Source: Entomortierella parvispora E1425 (taxonomy: Eukaryota > Fungi > Mortierellomycota). Taken from it: DNA of 64,000 nucleotides. Of this stretch, positions 12,430-24,498 are shown in pieces; position 1 is the first letter of the stretch; the number at the start of each line of letters is the position of its first letter. Location: positions 620,001 through 684,000 of the forward strand of contig BQFW01000005.1 in NCBI GenBank assembly GCA_020891255.1. The letters run 5' to 3'. A program made the translations under genes and the position numbers. The notes beneath the pieces were generated by a model that ran no database searches, was not told the DNA's origin, and saw nothing but the letters and a program-made list of their open reading frames with translations.

Positions 12430-14428
12430 TTATTTTGTTTTTCTGATTCCAGCTACATGTGTCAAGGCATGAGCGAGGATTCCTTCTTTGTTGTCAAAGA
12501 CTTCGGAGCAACCCTCCTCAAAACAAGGATAAGGGGGTCGAGTCTTGAGGTTCTTGTGCATCCAAAGATGGGCCTCCAAAGAAGCCTCGGAGGTCGGGGA
12601 GCAGACACATCCCTCAATTGGGCACTTTAGCTGAAGAAGACAGAGAGAACCAAAAAAAAAAAAAAAAAAAAAATAGAAAAAAAAGGGTTAGTAGAAAAGT
12701 AAAAGGAGACCCAATCACAATACAAACTTCGGCATCCCCTCCCCCGTTCTCCCCTCCCGCACACACAGACACATGGACAAGCGGACTGAAATGTATTACC
12801 TGCTGGAACAGACAGTCATGCTTGTAAGCTGAGCGCTGTGCTGTAAAAACCTCCTTGCAGCGATCATAAGGACAATGAAAGAGATAATTCTCTGGCAAAT
12901 TTCGGTGGACGCGAACCTGATGATCAATCAGTTGCTTGCTCCCGGACGAGACACGACCGCACCTGGGGACCAAGCATCGCCACTCGATCCCCAAGGATTG
13001 CTCGAGATGCAATTGCTTGTGTCGCTGCAGCGTCAATTGGTTCGAGAGAACGACTTTGCAGTCTCCGAAATCACAATCAAAGTTGAGACCGATCAATCCC
13101 TTCTCGTGGTCAAGGACATGACGGCGGACGTAATCCGTACTGCCAAAGGTGACCTCGCACCCCTCGATGGGGCAAGGCAATCGCTTGCCCGACTTGACTT
13201 GACTGCATCGCAGTTGATGGGCACGCATGCACCGGCCCGTGCCAAAAACTTTATCGCATCCGTCAACAGGGCAAGGCAACTTGAGGCCCGCCTTGCGTTC
13301 GACATGGATCTGAATGTGGTCTTTTAGACTCTTGGGTGTGGACAAAACCTTGTCGCAATCGGGCCAAGAACAAGAGAATTTCTTCTTTTTGCTGGAGGAG
13401 GATGTGGTCGACTTGGGCTTTACGCTGGTCATGACGGTATCCCCGTCAGGGGAAGGGGATTCGGCCATGGTGGTATCACTACTGCTGCTCGACCTACTAC
13501 TATCACTGTTGGGTTCAGAGGGACAAGGAGATGCTTTTTCGTGCTCTCGCGCCTTCCTCTCCTCCTCCTCCTCTTCTTCCTCCTCTTCCTCTCCCTGCCC
13601 GTCTTCGTCATCGACATTTAAATGGGCCATTTTCGCCATTCTCAAGACGTCCAACGTATGGTCTTTCATGTGGGCCTTCAACGCTCGGGCAGAGTCCAGC
13701 GTTGTGCCGCATTCGGGCCAATTACACGTATAAGGGGTCCACGCGTGTACCTGAAAGAAGGAATAAGAAGGAATAAGAAAAATAAAGAAGAATCAAGAAC
13801 ATTGTTGTGTTCTTTTTTTAGGGGGAAATCTTATTACCTTTGCAGGAGACCTGTGGGCATCCGCACATCTATAGTGGGTATAGGTGACTCGTTGTGGGAG
13901 ATGTGGTGGTTGCTGGGACTGTGGTTGCAAGTGTGGTTGTTCTGGTCTTTGGTGGTGGTGGTGGTGGTTATGAAGATTGTGTTGTTGTTGTCGTTGTGGA
14001 AGTTGAGATGGATGGTGGGGCTGCTGTCGCTGCGGGTATTGGTGAATAAAATGGTGGCGATCCTCAGAATAGTGGGAGTGTCTATCCTGTGGTTGCTGTG
14101 GCGGGTGGTGGTGATGATGAGGCGGAGACGGAGGTGAAGGCCGAGAAATCTGGGGGTGCTGTGAATGAGGTGAGTGTGGATGAGAAGAAGGAGGACTGGG
14201 CGGATACTCTGAATACCGTGGTTCTGGATCCTGTCGCAGATGGTGGATCGGCTGAGTACGATTTTCTGAATGTTCGGGTCGGAGTGGGTTCAGGGTATGC
14301 TGCGAGTGAGAGTAATGGATGTAATGACGTTGACGGGGTTGCTGGTGGTGCGGAGGTAGCTCGTATCGTGCTGGGCGATCTTGATCTCGGGTGGGTTGTC
14401 TTTGGTACCCAACCATGGGGGAAGCCAT
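12430..14428 (-). CDS. C2H2 zinc-finger protein with nine fingers and an H/Q/P-rich N-terminus (3 exons)
   Basis: The ORF 13793-14428 splices in frame (AAG|GTAATA near 13838 to TTTCAG near 13750) into YTCNWPEC...HMKDH. Six more fingers follow in ORF 12614-13681. The last exon adds CPIEGC...HLWMH and CFEEGC...HALTH, with stop at 12430. Confidence 0.8.
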
Positions 14429-17400
14429 TATGGAAAAAGGAAATAAAGTGTAGGAGGAGAGCTAGAGAACAGAAGCAAACGAGAAAGAGGAGAAGAAAGG
14501 AGAAAGAGAAGAAAGAAGAAGAAAAAAAAATGGTGGGAAATCGAGGGTAATTATATCAAAGAGGAGAAAGAAAAAGAAAAAAAAAATAGAAAGAACGGAA
14601 GTAAGCGCGATAGGTCGCGTTAGTACATTGTCAACAAGTTCCTTTGCTTGTCGTCGAAACAACAACACTCAGTGAACTTCGCAACAACAAGACAGCTCCT
14701 CCACCTTCCTGACTCTCTTTCTCTTCTCCTTTCGCCCGCCACCCTCCCCCCCCCCACCCCAAATCCTCTTTCCAACTTCTCCAATCGAAAGAAAGAGGGT
14801 GATTTAAGACAAAAGAAAAACAGAAGATAAAGGGACGCGGGCGATACAACAACACGCGATGGAATCAAAACGACAGAAAGAACGATCCAGAGTGTTGGAA
14901 AGTGTTGGGATGTAGGGTACCAAAAACACCGCGCTTTTTTGGCGCCTTTTTTTTTTTTTTTGTTTTTTTTGCTCTGTGCTTCCACCATTGTACACCCCTT
15001 CAAAATAATTGGTTGGGATCAACAACAACAAAACAACAACAAAAACCACCATCTCTCCGCGTAGCCTCGAGGAAACGGCCATGATCAACAAAATGCAGCC
15101 CTGCCCTTTCTTTTTTCTTTTTTTTTTTTTTTTGCAATAGGGTGTTGTCAGACTGGTCAGGTGTGAACAGGGTGGCGGCAAACAATTGCCCAGTTGAAAG
15201 AAAACTTAAAGAGAAAATAATAAAAGTTGTGATAGAATAGAATAGAAAACGAAACAACAAGGAGACCCAGGTTGGATGGCGGCCCTTGCGCAGGGCGGTG
15301 CAATAATGAAAGGACGGCTCACCGTCATGGCGCAATGAAAAAGGCAAAGGCGCTCTGTTGAAGCTGGCTAAGAAGAAGGAATGACGAGGAGAGACAAAAA
15401 ACGTGATGGAATTCAAACCCACCTACCCCTTTCCTCAAGGGGGAGGGGGTCACATAACTCGCAGAGCGCAGACCCCCCCCCCCATGCGCCCTCCGGCTGC
15501 ACATTCCAACAAATCCTTTGCAAGACAGATAGGCATGCTACAGAAGAAGGCCTCACCCTCCGAGAACCAGGAGGATGAGAATGAAGAATGGAAAGAACAT
15601 ACCTTTGAAGTCGCTGTGCAGGCTATCGTAATCGGACAGTGGGGCGGCTGTCGAAATCCCAAAGACAAAGGTGTGGGAGTGAAAATAAGGACGTGCGAGG
15701 GAATACAAGTGAGGGGAAAGAGGGGTAGAGAGTGAAGAGAGAGAGAGAGACAGAGAAAGGGGAGAGGAAAAGAGCGAAAGAGAGAGGGGGGAAAGAATCG
15801 ATGGAAGAATTGAGGGACCGCGATAAAGACACAAAAACAAACGCACCAAAGAAAAACGAGGGTGACGAACGAAATCTCACTGCTCGACACGGGCAGAGAC
15901 CAACCTTCTTTGTTTTCCCCTTGTGTGCGTGCGTGCGTGTGTTTTTTTGGATGGACGGTTGGGCTATTGACACAGCGCACCGGACCTCTCGACGACTGCC
16001 TCCCCTCGCTCTCTCACGACACCCGTTCGCAATCTCTCCTTTTTGTCACCCTCTCTTGTTCTTCCGGGTTGCCTATTTGTGCCTTTTTGCATAATCTGCA
16101 TGTTCCTGTCTGGCCGTTTTTTTTTCCTCTTTTCATGCTCGAGGCTCATAATGTTCGAGGACAAATGAAAGAGTGTTTGCCAACACAAACCGGCCGAGCG
16201 CGGTATAGACGCTGCAGGAAACCGCCTGTTTCTCTTCGCTTTTCCCAACACGCACACTCATTTGTTTGTGTTGTCCCCTATTGTTACGCCCACCCGGGAA
16301 CCCTTCCAAGTTGCACTTATTTTCTCATTTTCTCTCTGTCCCTCTTCCTCTTTTTCGCTCCCCACGCAAATACGTTCTAGTTCACTCTGTCCTCCACTTC
16401 TCCATCACCACCTTGGACCTGAAAATCAATTGGACCATCTCGATCACTTTTACTCACTTTGGGTAGTCCACCGCGAGAAAGAAAAAAAAAGAATGGAAAA
16501 AAAAGCATAGCACAAGAAAAACATGCCACCTCCCATCTTGTGTGTGTCCTCTTTTTTTTTGCCTTGGCCTTCTTTCCACCATAACAAGAGCATGGAAAAG
16601 AGCATGGACACAGCATTTGAGATTGAGCGGGCAAACCGTAATTGGACGCTTTCTATTCAAAGAACCCTATTCTGTCCTCTTTTTTTCTCCCACTCTTTTT
16701 TTTACGTTTGCGCACACAATCCTCCAAAAGAATCCACTATCCCACCGTCGTACAAACAAAAGAAGAAGACCAAGCGAAACCAAACAGAAAAAAAAAAAGA
16801 ACCATTCGAGGGTCAATGTCCGAAAGTCGGCAGATGTGTTGTGACCCTTCTTTTTTTTCCCTTTTTCCTGTGCTCTCTCGCTCTCTCGCTCTCTCAGCTC
16901 AATTGTTTTTTTTCTTTCTCCCTTTTCCCCACCTGAAAGGTTGATTTCGTGTTTTCAACGAGGAAACCTGTTGTTGACTACGCTGTCTCTCTCTCCTCTA
17001 AATCGCGCAACAACAATAACAACAACAACGACCCCCTGTCCCGCGTTTCCAAAAGCTTAGAACGTTGTTCATTTTGGTTGGTCATGAATACTTTTCTTTT
17101 GCACCTTGTGTACCTGTGCCTAGTGTATGTTTGTGCAATTGCGAGTGGCCTTGTGGTTGGCCTGCTATCTCCAAGGCGGTCGGCTTGCTATCTCCAAGGC
17201 TCAAAGGCGTGGAACTGGCTCACTTTGCGCCAACGTTTTTCCTCCTCGGAATTCATGCGGGCCGACTTTTTAACTTTTTTTTTGGTCTTCAAAAGTCAGG
17301 ACGCGGGAAACAAAGCATGGCAACTAAGACAACAATGAAAAAGGCGTAAGGACAAGGACTCTTTACTCCATGCAACTTTGCTCATCAACATCCTTTTTTT

Positions 17401-17689
17401 GTGCCTCCTTTTCCCTTCTTTCCCTCTGTCCTTCTCTCTGTGTGTCCCTTCCACCAGTTCCTCATGTATGCATCATGCAAACTATTCGGTACGTTCAATG
17501 AATGTCACGTTCGTTTCATCTGGGACAAAAGAAGGCAAAACGAGGGGAGCAAGAGGAACGATTTTCTGGGAGCTGCGTTCAATTGAACCATGTCGTTTTA
17601 CTTTACTCCCCTGACATGTCGTTATCGTCTTTTGATCAGTCCTGTTTTTTTTACATGCTCGGGTACTTTACACTGTCTAGTCTAGCCTA

Positions 17690-19411
17690 TCAATCACACG
17701 TCTCGATGGTCACTCGACGCGGTACATGAGCGATCTCCAACCCGGGTAGCTGTCCCTGAAGCCAATTTAGGGGTCCTGTCGTCTCTCCCAGGTCATCGTC
17801 CTTGTTCCCGTATTGAATCAGGGACAGAGAGGGCCAGTTCTCCGCCATCCACTCCACTTCGGCCTGTCCAATCCGTGCGGCGTATTCGGGACAGTCTTCA
17901 TCCATTTGGATCTCCAATCGCCTCAGCTTCTTCAATGGCGAAAGGAGCTCCAATCCTGATTCGATTGAGTAATCAAGTCCCAGCACCGCATGTGCCACTT
18001 TTTCATTTTTGGACATTAGGGATCGAGTCTGTGCGTGATCTTCCTCGGCCACTAACGGTGGACGGACCATGAACACCTGCAAGCTTTCCAATTCTGTAAG
18101 AAGACTGAGTTGGAGGTAGACTCGAAGAACATCCTTGTGTGCCCTCGGATACTTGACCGAAAGCTCGTTCAGGGCCTCGTTCGTGAAGATGGCATTCTCT
18201 TGAGGGGTGATGGTAGGTTGCATCTCCTGCAACAGATGAAGGGAAAGTGTCTTGAGACCGAGACAGGTCCAAACCCAGGGCGACGAAAACATGTCCGAGA
18301 GTTCTAGACAAGCCCCAAGGTGACCTGAGTCGTCCTCCACTGCTGAGAAATGCTGAAGTCCTGCCCAGTTCTGCAAGATGGAAGAAATTACTCCACTGGA
18401 GGCGTTTGTACCCTGCAATCGTATGGACTCCAAGGACCTCGAATGAGGTAAAAGGGCTTGCCAAAGGTCCGGCTTGAAGTGTGGGGTACCGATCAAGGTA
18501 ATAGCTTTTAGACGCGGAACAGAATGAACCATGGACAAAAAGTCGCGTGGCTCCATCTCCCCGTCAATTGTGAGATGCTCGAGTTTCGAACACTGGCCAA
18601 GATCCAGGGCTGGTAAGCTGTCATAGGACGAGGTACTTATGTAATCGAGCTGGTAAAGAGCCGGGCATCGTCGCAGGAACCAATCCAAGAGTCGTTTATC
18701 GTTATTGAGGTTCCCTGCCAGATCCAGTCGCAGGGTTACCAACGACTCGTAGACCCAGGGCTCAAATGGAGTCATATCCAGGATGGCCTCCTTCGTATTC
18801 CAGTCGTTCAAGACAGTCAAGTTCAGACTCACGATCGTCGAAGGAAGGCGTCCTAGGATGTGGGCGAGAGTGGGTCTCCTCGATTCATGATTGTTCTCTG
18901 CCACGGTGTGTATTACGATATAAGCCAAGGCGCGTACTTTTGAAAGTCGTTCTCTCCAATAAGCTCTTGAGGCAGCCGTGTCTTCCAAGGCTTCTGGGTC
19001 AGGGATCAGTGATAATGGTGATGATAACGCTCCTTCGTTCCCAAATGCCCCTCCCTGCTCCTGCTCTGATCCATGAACATTTGTTTCTAGAACACTCACG
19101 GCGTCGTTGACGGTTGGCCACCGGAAGATGAATGTATTTTTGTTGATTTCAGTCATATTCACATTCTGGGCCTGCTCACGGGTTAAACTAGAGCTTTGAT
19201 TGCGACTGACGATCCAGACAATATTGTTGTCGACCACAATGTTGTCGCTATAAGGCAAAGCGGGGCCATCTCGGAGTTTGAGCTCAAAGGAGAAAAGTCG
19301 ATACCAAGAACTGCTGACACGAGCACAGCTCGTCAGATCCTGTAGACGAAGATTTGCCCCGATAGCCGTGACGATATGAGGGATAGAGAACAGAGTCTCG
19401 ACTGTATCCAT
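17690..19411 (-). CDS. Intronless F-box-like / leucine-rich-repeat protein, 573 aa
   Basis: N-terminal LFSIPHIVTAIGANLRLQDLTSCARVSSSW is F-box-like. Degenerate LRRs follow (CPALYQLDY, CSKLEHLTI, VPRLKAITL, SRSLESIRL, CLGLKTLSL, LKKLRRLEI), with a C-terminal EVEWMAENWPSL motif. Confidence 0.75.
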   Translation of the reverse strand: MDTVETLFSIPHIVTAIGANLRLQDLTSCARVSSSWYRLFSFELKLRDGPALPYSDNIVVDNNIVWIVSRNQSSSLTREQAQNVNMTEINKNTFIFRWPTVNDAVSVLETNVHGSEQEQGGAFGNEGALSSPLSLIPDPEALEDTAASRAYWRERLSKVRALAYIVIHTVAENNHESRRPTLAHILGRLPSTIVSLNLTVLNDWNTKEAILDMTPFEPWVYESLVTLRLDLAGNLNNDKRLLDWFLRRCPALYQLDYISTSSYDSLPALDLGQCSKLEHLTIDGEMEPRDFLSMVHSVPRLKAITLIGTPHFKPDLWQALLPHSRSLESIRLQGTNASSGVISSILQNWAGLQHFSAVEDDSGHLGACLELSDMFSSPWVWTCLGLKTLSLHLLQEMQPTITPQENAIFTNEALNELSVKYPRAHKDVLRVYLQLSLLTELESLQVFMVRPPLVAEEDHAQTRSLMSKNEKVAHAVLGLDYSIESGLELLSPLKKLRRLEIQMDEDCPEYAARIGQAEVEWMAENWPSLSLIQYGNKDDDLGETTGPLNWLQGQLPGLEIAHVPRRVTIETCD

Positions 19412-22400
19412 GACGACGAAACACACACAGCCAAAGGATGGATAAGGGCTCTCTGCTGGCTGAGTTCCTGGAAGTCCTTGCTTGCGGTGATATGAACGGA
19501 TATGTGGGGAAGAGAACAAAATTGTCCCTCTGGAGAATGACGAAGCTGTGAGCGCCAAGGATTGAGCAAAGCCACCCAATTAATTGGTGGCGCACACCAG
19601 TCACGTTTTTTTTTTTTTTTTTTTTGAACTTGTGTCCCTGTGTGAGATGTACTTCTCGTTTTCTACTTACCTTGGACTCGCCACTAGCTCGTCCATCTGA
19701 AAGGATCAAGCACCGAATGATGATTACAAATTGCCCCCTTGGCGGGAATCGATCGATGCAGGAATCGTGCAGAAATGTTGCAGGAATTGTGAACGGCAGC
19801 AGGTGGGACCAAAAATTACGTCTCCACTGGCAGATTCTTTCACCTTTCGGCTTAGATGTGGCTCAACTGGTTCTGGCCTGGCAATGCATTGTGCGACGAA
19901 TCGATGGGTTGTGTTCGTTTGGACACTTGGATCAAGTCTAAATACAATGACAATGCAGGTGCCATTGCTATCATCAGATTACTGAGTATTACCTACGAGA
20001 ACTTTGCCGTGGATTTCATCGGCTCACCCGGTTCGTGTAGCAAGCACGTATAACCATAATAATGGCCTTCCGACAGCAGTGAAATTCGGGAACGAAACTA
20101 GGTAGAAGGGGTCGCAAACCAAATCACGGCGCGTTGCATAGACCAAGGTGCAGACCATCATTATTTCGGGGATGACTGACAATAATAGCACCAAGAACTA
20201 GATGTGAGAATCGGCTCGCTCCATCGAGAAATTGCACGAAGCCTGAATGCTGTACATCTGTTTAAAAGGATCGGGGAAAGGGGTGTCCCGGTCAACTGGT
20301 TCCCACACAATTCTCCAAGTCTGCCTTGGCTAACAGAGACATATCGCGGAACTATTTCTGGATCCTCGAGTGAATCCTCCATCCTTCCCCTTCCCCACAG
20401 TGTATCTGTCTTGATATTTTTTCCGTTTTGCCAAGTCAGCAGGGCCCTCTGGGGAAGCACGCTGATAGAAATGAAATAAATGTCGAGAATAGCACTGCAA
20501 AGTCTGTGTGAAGCGTGCTGCAATGGTGACTCTTTGCTCAAGGATGAAGGAAGGAACATCGTGTTTAGGATTAGAATAAACGAGACTCATTCCCCCCAGC
20601 TCCTTTACCCCTAATGACACATAAGAATGAGAGCATGCCTGCATGCCTGCATGCATGCTAAGGAGCAGGACCCGCTACACTCTATACCCTCTTTCTTTTG
20701 AGAAAGAAAATGGCGCCATCGCAATCCTTCCAGAGATGAGATTGAGATGGTTTTTTTTTAGTGGCAAAGCGATCTGCGTCTCTCCCTGCCCGAGGAATTC
20801 TAATTGCATCTTTCCTTACCTTCTCTCGGAAACAATGAAAAGTAGATCCGAGAGCTGTAATTAAAACATTGCCCAGATAAACACGCGCTTTGGGCGAAAG
20901 GGGAGGTGCGTGGACAGGAGTGCAGAGGCCCATGTCTCGATTTGGTATTTTGCGGGGTTACCTCATGAGGCACGTCGGAGAAATTGAGGTAAGCGATCAA
21001 TTTGAAAAAGTTGTGGCAGGGAGCAGTCTGTTCCTGATCAACTTTGTGATGAGCTCTCTCCACAAAAAATCAATTGAAATGTGCCCAAGAATCGGCAAGT
21101 AAAGGAGCAAACATCAGTTGTCGTGAAAGAAACAACAATCAAAAATCCCATCACTCATCTCACAGGAGTATGTATGAATAGCGTGTCCTGATTACGACCC
21201 CAGCTGTGCCCCCTTTGGCCCTGTCATTCATTGAAGAAACAAACAAGGACGACAAGGAAGGACCACGCGAAGGTGTGCACGCGTGTTTGGGTTCCGACTG
21301 ACGGTGGCGATCGCGTTGCATGCACTGAGCCCCGCCAATCAGAGGCATGAAGTGCACCCAAGCCACCAGGCGTTTATCTTTGCACATGACAGCGACTCGG
21401 AATCAGTGTGCTCACTCAGGTGTTTGCAAAGGCTCTCTTGTGATGACGATAAGGATGTGCCTTCTTTTCCCTTTAGTCTGCAGGCGTCGTTGTGGCCAGT
21501 GCACCTCATCCACATGCATAGATACAAAGGCAGTAGCATTCTAAGCCCACCTGGAACAAAGAGAGAAACTCCTTTTTTTCCATTGTTGATTGCAGCAGTA
21601 GTGAAGGTCTCAGTGCGAGCTCCCTCAGTCCGTCTTTCAGGGCCTTGCCTCATCTCCTTTCTTTTTCATTCCCCCTTCCATAACTTTCTTCCCAGTTTGA
21701 TCTAAGGCAAGGACGAGGCGGTGGAGACGGGGATGATGAGCCTGGAGTGTCGTAGGAGGGATCAAGAAAAGAACGGGGTAAGCCTATATGGATATTTTTG
21801 TGCACTGGGAGTCACCCGTTGCAGTACAGTCTGGTTTGGCCTCTTTCCCGAGAAGTAAGGAAGCAGTAAGGATGACATTGAAGATGCAGGATTGTTTGCG
21901 GGGCAAGAGCTGATTAAAGGCACCGAATGGAAGGTAAGGGGTCGGGCAGCTCATCTGCACTGCGCTACACTTCAACCGCCAGCCGGCCAGCCGGATGAAG
22001 AACAGAAAGCGATCAAAGAGAGTTGGCCTCCCCCAGTGGTATGATGATAGACTCAAGCTTCTCTTTACGGGTGCGCACGAGAGTAAAGAATATAGAGAAG
22101 ATGGAGGTGAGCCCCAGGCACAGTCTCCTATCTGCGAGACCTTAAATTTCCTTCCTATCGATGCGCCGGAGATGGATAAGGTGTCCTCGTGGCGATGCTC
22201 TCTGGATTTACCACGGACACATTCGGGGGCAGGGGGCAGGGTTCAACAGAATGGAATGGACGCCAATTATATTGTAATGTTGTTTGATGATGTTTGTTTA
22301 CCTCACTGTGTTTGTTTGAACCTGTGTCCGTGTTGTGTGGGGATGCAATTCCTTGGTACAGACCTCCTTTTCCAACGGAGCGAAGTGACAATCCAGAGTG

Positions 22401-22433
22401 CCAGGTTGAAATCAAATCGGCCCTTCCCTTTTG

Positions 22434-22440
22434 TATAAAT
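22434..22440 (+). promoter_or_regulatory. Candidate TATA box of the ammonium transporter
   Basis: TATAAAT about 235 nt upstream of the ATG at 22672, followed by a CT-rich leader. Confidence 0.4.
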
Positions 22441-22671
22441 ACTTCTCTCTTCTTCTACTTTTTCATCATCGTCTCTTTCTCTCCCTCTCTTCTCTTTCTC
22501 TTTCCTTCTCACCTCTCTGCTCCTACCGTCTCAATTCCCAATCCTACTGCAGTCTCTGGTGCAGGTCAGCAACACACTTCCTCTTCAACGGACTACAACT
22601 CTCAACCTCCGCCAACAAACCCTCTTCACCCTCTCTTCTATCGATCGTCAGCCTGCACCCCTTTCTGAAAA

Positions 22672-24222
22672 ATGGACGGCACAACAACCCCACATTACGA
22701 AGCAGGCGACATTGCCTGGACGATGACATCAACCGCTCTAGTGTGGCTCATGATCCCTGGCATTGGTTACTTTTACTCTGGCATGGCCCGTAAGAAGAAC
22801 GCGCTCTCGCTGATCATGCTCTCCTGCTGCTCCGTCGCTGTCGTCTCGTTCCAGGTACTTGTACAGAAGATCAGCTCAATCTATCCTGACCTGATTGATG
22901 AGAGCCAACAACTTACCATCTTGTTTTGATTCATCCATCACATACAGTGGTTCTTGTTTGGATACTCATTAGCATTCAGCAAAACTGGAGGAAGAATGAT
23001 TGGAAATTTTGAGAATGCCTTCTTCAGAGGCGTTTTGGACCAGCCCTCTGTTGGCTCACCCTTGGTCCCAGATATTGTTTTCATGTTGTTTCAGGGTATG
23101 TTCGCTGCCTTGACCCCAGCTCTCGCCATCGGTGCCGCTGCTGAGCGAGGCCGGATACTGCCTACTCTTGTCTTCATCTTCCTCTGGACCACTTTTGTGT
23201 ACGACTTTCTTGCCTGCTGGACATGGAGTGGAAATGGCTGGAGCTTCGTCATGGGCGGATTGGATTTCGCTGGTGGTACGCCTGTTCACATCTCATCTGG
23301 AGGAGCAGCTTTGGCGTATGCCTTGGTCTTGGGTCGCCGTTCCGGTGATCAGAAGGATTTCCGCCCCCACTCGATGAGCAACGTCGTGATCGGCACCTGC
23401 TTCATCTGGTTCGGTTGGTTCGGCTTCAACGGCGGCTCCGCTCTCTCTGCCAACATGAGAGCCGTCATGGCCTGTGTGGTCACCAACTTGGCTGCATCTG
23501 TCGGAGGCATCACCTGGGTTCTCTTGGACTATCGTCACGATCGCAAGCTTTCCGTCCTTGGATTCTGCTCCGGAGCCGTTGCTGGTCTTGTTGCCATTAC
23601 CCCTGGATCAGGATTTGTCTCCCCTGCCTCGAGCGTCGCCATTGGATTCTTGGGCTCTGTTGCCTGCAACTGCGCTGTTCGCCTGAAGCACCACCTCAAG
23701 TACGATGATGCCTTTGACGTCTTTGCTGTGCACGGCGTAGGTGGAATTGTCGGAAACATTTTGACAGGAGTCTTTGCTCAGAAATGGGTTGCAGCTTTGG
23801 ACGGAACTGTAATCAAGGGAGGCTGGCTGGAACGCCACTGGATCCAGGTCCCCTATCAATTGGCCGACTCTTGCGCTGGATTGTCTTGGTCCTTCTGCGT
23901 CACCTTTTTGATTCTTTTCATCATGAACAAGGTCCCTGGTCTAACCCTCCGTGTTGAGGCTGACCACGAGCAGCGCGGCTTGGATCTTGCCGAGCTTGGA
24001 GAGGCCTGCTACGGACATATGGACGAGAAAGAGGCTGCTTCAGTCAACGGTGTTGACGACTCGATGGACTATGGCAAGCCCTCGTCCGCCTCCCAGGTCT
24101 CCTATTCTGACGTGAGCGTGAACGAGATCAAAGTCGGAAGTGTTTCGACCTTGGGACTCCCTCTATCGCCCGACCAACCTGCCAAGCGCCTTCCCGCCGG
24201 TCTCCAAATGACCTCGGGTTAA
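22672..24222 (+). CDS. MEP: Amt/Mep ammonium transporter, 485 aa (exons 22672-22854 and 22948-24222)
   Basis: Signatures DFAGGTPVHISSG, WFGWFGFNGGSA, GAVAGLVAITP and DVFAVHGVGG. Both histidines of the twin-His pair are present. Confidence 0.95.
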
Positions 24223-24498
24223 GAGCGAGCCCAATGCCCCACAATTTCTCTCCCACCTATACCTGCTATCGTCTTTTTCCCTTTTGTTTGCTACGAATGC
24301 CCCCATTAGACTGTATGCCCCCCTTTTCTTTCCCACCCTGTAAAACATCAAATAAATCAAAAAACTTGTACAACGATCATTTTGTCCCTTTCGCCTCTTT
24401 CCCTCTCTCTCCCCTCTTCTATCCCGCCTGTCTCCCATCAGACTTGATCTCTTTTCAAAACAAAACTCGCCCTTTTTCGTTGAAGCTGACGTCCAATA

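Noticed and set aside
12430-14428. Calling the nine-finger protein TFIIIA
   Set aside because: It has a long low-complexity N-terminus, an isolated first finger and lacks TFIIIA-like finger sequences. Finger count alone is insufficient.
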